Below are positions 25,690-30,282 of a stretch of 30,282 nt of DNA, piece after piece. Positions within the stretch are counted from its first letter, which is position 1. Every line of letters starts with the position of its first letter. The position numbers and the translations under genes are program-made. The notes beneath the pieces are model-generated. The model was not told the DNA's origin. It worked only from the letters and a program-made list of their open reading frames with translations, and made no database searches. This DNA comes from Pseudomonadota bacterium. GTDB taxonomy: Bacteria > Pseudomonadota > Alphaproteobacteria > Rhizobiales > Aestuariivirgaceae. The stretch is taken from contig JBKOZY010000466.1 of assembly GCA_046726135.1 (NCBI GenBank), positions 1 to 30,282 on the forward strand. Reading direction: 5' to 3'.

Positions 25690-28110
25690 TCAGCCCTTCA
25701 GCCGCGCATTGTCGGGATCATAGGCCGGCTCCCGAAGGATCCGTGCCGCATGACGCTCGCCATGGAGCTCGACCGCAAATGCGTCGGTGCTCGTCGCCAG
25801 CGCCGGCTCGACATAGGCGAAGGCGAGCGACTTCCCGACCGCATGGCCGAAGGCGCCGCCGGTGGTGATGCCGACCAGCCGGCCGTCATGATGGACGGGC
25901 TCGTTGCCGCGGCAGTCGGAGTCGGTGGCAGCGACCTCGAGATAGACGAGCTGGATGCGCGGACCGTCCTGCTTCGATTGCACAGTGCCGGCCTTGCCGA
26001 CGAAATCCTTTCGGAGATCGACGAAGCGTTCCATCGCCCCTTCGATCATCGTCACCTCGCTGGTGAGCTCGCCGCCCCAGGCGCGATAGGCCTTCTCCAT
26101 GCGCAGCGAGTTCATCGCATAGGTGCCGAACAGCGTGATGCCATGCCGCGCCCCCTCGCGCATCAGCGCATCGAACACGCTCGGCATCGATGCCATCGGG
26201 CAATGGAGCTCATAGCCGAGCTCGCCGACATAATTGATGCGCAGCGCCCGCACATCCTCGACGGCGGCGACCGTGATGATCCGCCCGGTGAGCCACGGGA
26301 AGGCGGCATTGGCGAGCTCGACCTCAGTCAGCGACTGGAGCACCTCGCGCGACTGCGGCCCGGCCAGGATCAGCGTGCCATAGGCCTCGGTGACATTGGC
26401 GAGCGCGCAGCCGCCGTCTGCCGGCAGGCCCCGCCGCAGCAGATCCTCGTCCTGGAGCTCGGCGGTGGCGGCCGACAGCAGGAAATAATGATCTAGCCCA
26501 AGCCGCGTGATGGTGAGCTCGCTCTCGATGAAGCCGGCCTCGGTCAGCATATGGGCCAGCACGATTCCGCCGTCGCGGCTCGGGATGCGGTTGGCGCACA
26601 AGCGCGACAGCGCCGCATGGGCGCCGCTTCCCTTGAGCTCGAACTTGGCGAAGCTCGACAGGTCCATGAGCCCGACCGCGTTGCGCACCGCCAGGCACTC
26701 CTCGCGCACCGCCTTGAACCAGTTGCTGCGGCGGAACGAGTAGTGCTCGCCCTCGCCGCTCTTGTCGTACCAGCGCGGCCGCTCCCACCCCATGACCTGC
26801 TGATATTGCGCACCCGCCGCGCCGAGCCGCTCGTACAGGCTCGACTTGCGCACCGGCCGCCCCGCCGCATGCTGCTCGCCAGGCCGGTAGCAATAATACA
26901 TGTGGTGATAGTCCTCGATGGCGGTGACCTTGGCATAGTCGCCGGCCGCCCACCGACCGAACCGCCGCGGATCGAATTCGCGCATATTGATCTCGGCCTG
27001 GCCGTGCACCATCCATTGCGCGAGATATTTCCCGGCGCCGGCGCCTTGGCAGATGCCAATCGATGCGCCATTGGCCATCCAATAGCCGGGCGCGCCATGG
27101 GCCGGGCCGAGCAGGAAATTGGAATCCGGCGTGTGGGTGATGGCGCCGGAGATCACCGATTTGAGACCGGCGCGATTGAACAGCGGCAGCCGCTCGCCGG
27201 CCTTTTCGAGCCATGGCATCAGCCGCTCGAGCTCGGGCGGCACCAGCTCCGATTCGAAGTCCCACGAGGGCGGGCCGCCATCGAAGCACAGATGCGCCCC
27301 CGCCGTCTCGTAGGGTCCGACCAGCACGCCATTGGTCTCCTCGCGGATGTAGCAATGCGACGAGGGATCGCGCAGCACCGGCATCTCCCTGTCGAGATCG
27401 ATGAGCTCCTGCAGTGGCTCGGTGATCACATAATGGTGGAGGAGATTGGCGATCGGCACGGTATGGCCGGTCCACGCGCCCACCACATCGGCATAGGAGC
27501 CGGCGGCATTGACCACGTGCTCGCAGCGGATAGTGCCGCGCTCGGTGACGACCTCCCATTCGCCCGACGGCAGCCGGCGGATGTCGGTGGCGCGGCAGCG
27601 GCGATAGATGGTGGCGCCGCCGCGACGGGCGCCGGCTGCCATCGCATTGGTGACGTCGGCCGGCGCGACATGGCCGTCGGTGAAGGTGATAAAGGCCGCC
27701 TTGACGTCGTGCGTCTCGACCAGCGGATGATAGGTCTTGATCTCGTTGGGCCCGACGATCGCCGCCTCATAGCCGACGAGCCGCGACAGGCCGTGGACAT
27801 ATTTGAACCAGTCGACCTCCTCGTCGCTAAAGGCGAGCCTCACCCCGCCGCAGCCATGCCAGGAAACCGCCACTCCGGTCAGCGCCTCGAGCTTGGGATA
27901 GAGTTCGGTGCCATAGACGTGCATCTTGGTGAGGTTGAGCGAGCCGTTGAAATGCGGGCACTGGCCGGCGGCGTGCCAGGTCGATCCCGAGGTCAGCTCG
28001 CCCTTCTCGACCAGCACGACATCGCCCCACCCCTCCTCCACCAGATGGTAGAGCAGCCCGACCCCCATGATGCCGCCGCCGACAACGACCACACGCGCCT
28101 GCGATTTCAT
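25690..28110 (-). CDS. GcvT-family FAD-dependent oxidoreductase (dimethylglycine/sarcosine dehydrogenase-like), 806 aa
   Basis: VVVVGGGIMG FAD motif, ELTSGSTWHAAG (covalent-FAD His), ITHTPD, then folate-binding GcvT domain DLSSFAKF, ELGYELH, SLRMEKAYRAWG.EL. Confidence 0.9.
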   Translation of the reverse strand: MKSQARVVVVGGGIMGVGLLYHLVEEGWGDVVLVEKGELTSGSTWHAAGQCPHFNGSLNLTKMHVYGTELYPKLEALTGVAVSWHGCGGVRLAFSDEEVDWFKYVHGLSRLVGYEAAIVGPNEIKTYHPLVETHDVKAAFITFTDGHVAPADVTNAMAAGARRGGATIYRRCRATDIRRLPSGEWEVVTERGTIRCEHVVNAAGSYADVVGAWTGHTVPIANLLHHYVITEPLQELIDLDREMPVLRDPSSHCYIREETNGVLVGPYETAGAHLCFDGGPPSWDFESELVPPELERLMPWLEKAGERLPLFNRAGLKSVISGAITHTPDSNFLLGPAHGAPGYWMANGASIGICQGAGAGKYLAQWMVHGQAEINMREFDPRRFGRWAAGDYAKVTAIEDYHHMYYCYRPGEQHAAGRPVRKSSLYERLGAAGAQYQQVMGWERPRWYDKSGEGEHYSFRRSNWFKAVREECLAVRNAVGLMDLSSFAKFELKGSGAHAALSRLCANRIPSRDGGIVLAHMLTEAGFIESELTITRLGLDHYFLLSAATAELQDEDLLRRGLPADGGCALANVTEAYGTLILAGPQSREVLQSLTEVELANAAFPWLTGRIITVAAVEDVRALRINYVGELGYELHCPMASMPSVFDALMREGARHGITLFGTYAMNSLRMEKAYRAWGGELTSEVTMIEGAMERFVDLRKDFVGKAGTVQSKQDGPRIQLVYLEVAATDSDCRGNEPVHHDGRLVGITTGGAFGHAVGKSLAFAYVEPALATSTDAFAVELHGERHAARILREPAYDPDNARLKG

Positions 28111-28188
28111 CTCGACCCAATGCTCCCGTTCTTTTGCGCTCCCTATAGCCGAGGCATAGCTCCCCAGTCCAATCGAGTGGAACGAGGG

Positions 28189-28258
28189 AAAGGGCAGTAG
28201 GCAGTCGTGATGAACACCCCCGCACTGCCTATCTGCCGAATGCCTACTGCCCCTTTTT
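28189..28258. repeat. Heptamer palindromic element, copy 4 (overlaps the holC stop)
   Basis: Perfect 12-bp arms GGGCAGTAGGCA (28192-28203) / TGCCTACTGCCC (28241-28252), with internal CTGCCTAT and CTGCCGA units, flanked by A3 and T5. Confidence 0.85.
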
Positions 28259-28717
28259 CACCTCTTCACCCCGTCCCCGGCTCCAGCGCCCCTGCTCATC
28301 CTCGCGCCAATAGACCGGCTGATGCCCGAGCGACACCGTCCGCCGCCATTCGCCGCGGGCCGCCTGAAGTGCCGCCTCGTCGCGGGCATCGAACAGATAG
28401 ATGATCCTTTCGAGCCGCTCGTCGACGACGATCGGCACGCCATCGAGGTAGATCCTCAACTGGGCGCCATTGGGCGAATCGGTGCCGGCGGTGATCCACA
28501 CCGGCTGGCGCTCGGCATGACCGTCCCGCACCGTGCCATGCGCCAGGAACGAATCGTCGCTGAAAGTCCACAGTTCGTTCGACAGCCATTCCACCCGCTC
28601 GTCGCTGCCCGCCTGCACGACCACGCGCCAGTTGCGCTCCAGCGCCCTTTTCAACAGCGTCGGCAGCACGCGCTGCAGCGGCTGGCATTCGAGATGATAG
28701 AAATGGACCTCTCCCAT
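28244..28717 (-). CDS. holC: DNA polymerase III subunit chi, 157 aa
   Basis: EVHFYHL, LP.LL.RALERNWRVVV, LWTFSDDSFLAHG, QPVWIT and YW....GRW motifs; close to pepA, as is typical. Confidence 0.92.
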   Translation of the reverse strand: MGEVHFYHLECQPLQRVLPTLLKRALERNWRVVVQAGSDERVEWLSNELWTFSDDSFLAHGTVRDGHAERQPVWITAGTDSPNGAQLRIYLDGVPIVVDERLERIIYLFDARDEAALQAARGEWRRTVSLGHQPVYWREDEQGRWSRGRGEEVKKGQ

Positions 28718-28850
28718 GCCCTCTCTTGCTGCCCGAAAAACCAGTGGTCAAGTGCCGCTTCGTCGTTGCAGCCGCGCCCTCGGTGAATAGACTCAGGCCC
28801 GCGTAACTGCAGGGGTAAGTGAAAGAAATACAGGGCTTGGGGAGGCTCTC

Positions 28851-29546
28851 GTGATGGGGTCACGGGCGGCGCAGCTGGCTGCGCTCATTTTTCTGCTCAC
28901 ACATCTTGGCGGTCCATCGGCTGGGGCGATGGGCCTGTGCGATTGCTGCGGCAACAAGGCGGCGCTGACCTCGGACTGCCGGTCGGCCTGCGCCGCCGCC
29001 AAAGAAGAGATTCCTATGTGCCGGCCAGTGGTGATCTATGACGGCGATGCCGGGACGCCGTCGGGCGACAATGCGCTGGCGGTGGGTTCGCTCAAATACC
29101 TCAGCATGGGACGCCCGGATCGTCCGGCGCTCGAGCGCTACCGAAAATGGTTCGAGCTGTGGCGCAGCCGCGCCGAGGAGAAATTCCGGGCGGCGGTCGT
29201 CCGCAGCGCGAGCGGCGAAGACAGCATTGCCGAGTTCGCCCAGGCCGAGGCCGAGCGCGATCAGGTGCTGGTGAACTACCAGCATGGCATGCGCCGCTAT
29301 ATCGAGATCCTGCGGGCCGGCCGCCCCGAGCGGGTTGACATGGTTCTCGCCACGGCTCTATCGGCCAAGGCAGGGGTGGTTGCACCGCGCCGTGCGATGC
29401 CCCGCAGCCAGCGCGCCGCGCGGCGGAAAGTCGCTCAGCAGAAGGGCGTTCAGCAGAAAGGCGTTCAGCAGAAACTGGTCCGCGTTGCTGACAGTACCGC
29501 CAAGGTCTGCACAGGAAACTGGGTAAACGCCGCCTGCTCGCCATAG
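28851..29546 (+). CDS. Hypothetical Cys-rich exported protein, ~231 aa
   Basis: GGGGAGG SD before GTG/ATG, signal-like N-terminus ending SAGA, CDCC..C..C..C cluster, basic tail with QQKGV repeats and two terminal Cys. Confidence 0.7.
   Translation: MMGSRAAQLAALIFLLTHLGGPSAGAMGLCDCCGNKAALTSDCRSACAAAKEEIPMCRPVVIYDGDAGTPSGDNALAVGSLKYLSMGRPDRPALERYRKWFELWRSRAEEKFRAAVVRSASGEDSIAEFAQAEAERDQVLVNYQHGMRRYIEILRAGRPERVDMVLATALSAKAGVVAPRRAMPRSQRAARRKVAQQKGVQQKGVQQKLVRVADSTAKVCTGNWVNAACSP
29436..29474 (+). repeat. Intragenic 15-bp tandem repeat, ~2.6 copies (QQKGV)
   Basis: CAGCAGAAGGGCGTT CAGCAGAAAGGCGTT CAGCAGAAA. Confidence 0.8.
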
Positions 29547-29549
29547 ACC

Positions 29550-29606
29550 AGGCAGTAGGCAGTAGGCAGGGCGTGGAGCGCGATCACTGCCTACTGCCTA
29601 TTTGCC
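29550..29606. repeat. Heptamer palindromic element, copy 5 (overlaps the pepA stop)
   Basis: AGGCAGT AGGCAGT AGGCAG - ggcgtggagcgcgatca - CTGCCTA CTGCCTA TTTGCC; 14-bp perfect inverted repeat. Confidence 0.9.
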
Positions 29607-30282
29607 GACTGACTCGTAGTGATCCGCAACCAGCCGGTTGAGAAGGCGCACCCCCCAGCCGCCGCCCCATGACTGGTTGATGGCGTTCTTCGTCGCATCC
29701 ATGCCGACTCCGGCGATGTCGAGATGGGCCCAGGGCTGGCCGTTGACGAAGCGCTGCAGGAACTGAGCGGCGGTGATCGAGCCGGCATTGCGCCCGCCGA
29801 TGTTCTTCACGTCGGCGATGTCGCTGTCGATCAGCTTGTCATATTCCGGGGTGAGCGGCAGGCGCCACACCTTCTCGCCGGTCTCGATCCCGGCCTCGAT
29901 CACCCGCTCGGCAAGCTCGTCATTGTTGCAGAACAGGCCGGCATATTCCTTGCCGAGCGCCACCAGGATGGCGCCGGTCAAAGTGGCGAGATCGAGCATG
30001 AATTTCGGCTTGAACCGATCCTGGCAGTACCACAGCGCATCAGCGAGCACGAGGCGCCCCTCGGCGTCGGTGTTGAGCACCGCAATGGTCTGGCCCGACA
30101 GCGATTTCACGATGTCGCCTGGCCGCTGGGCGCTGCCGGATGGCATGTTCTCGACCAGCCCGATGATGCCGATCACATTGGCCTTGGCCTTGCGCAGCGC
30201 CACTGCCTTCATCACGCCGGCGACGCAGGCCGCGCCCGCCATGTCGCCCTTCATGTCCTCCATGCCGGAGGCCGGTTTGATC
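29598..30282 (-). CDS. pepA: Leucyl aminopeptidase (M17), 3' part; the start lies beyond the right edge
   Basis: [47 protein letters not shown] and WAHLDIAG motifs. Confidence 0.96.
   Translation of the reverse strand, partial: IKPASGMEDMKGDMAGAACVAGVMKAVALRKAKANVIGIIGLVENMPSGSAQRPGDIVKSLSGQTIAVLNTDAEGRLVLADALWYCQDRFKPKFMLDLATLTGAILVALGKEYAGLFCNNDELAERVIEAGIETGEKVWRLPLTPEYDKLIDSDIADVKNIGGRNAGSITAAQFLQRFVNGQPWAHLDIAGVGMDATKNAINQSWGGGWGVRLLNRLVADHYESVGK

Overview
High-GC alphaproteobacterial (Hyphomicrobiales/Rhizobiales-like) chromosomal window, mostly housekeeping genes with interspersed accessory genes: speD-speE, a clan GH-A glycoside hydrolase, aspS-maeB (maeB broken by one in-frame TAG), rnd, a DUF2066-pgsA-like-hdaA-ppk1-ppx chain, purN, DUF1194, nhaA, an ABC-F ATPase, a large Q-rich OmpA-domain protein, two small ORFs, ndk, a VUT-family transporter, a GcvT-family oxidoreductase with a DMT transporter, holC, a Cys-rich secreted protein and the 3' part of pepA. 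I see no transposase, integrase, CRISPR array, rRNA or tRNA. The most unusual signals are: (1) five palindromic elements built from AGGCAGT/ACTGCCT heptamers around variable spacers, each at the 3' end of a minus-strand gene, one expanded into a ~215 bp array; (2) a ~220-nt speD leader that can fold as a four-way junction with mutually exclusive pairings and a U7 tract (candidate riboswitch or attenuator); (3) four copies of an unrecognised ~55-aa domain plus poly-Q repeats in the OmpA-domain protein; (4) general-stress (sigma-EcfG-type) promoters in front of a 25-aa membrane microprotein missing from the ORF track and in front of the glycoside hydrolase. All calls are by eye; no searches or folding programs were run.
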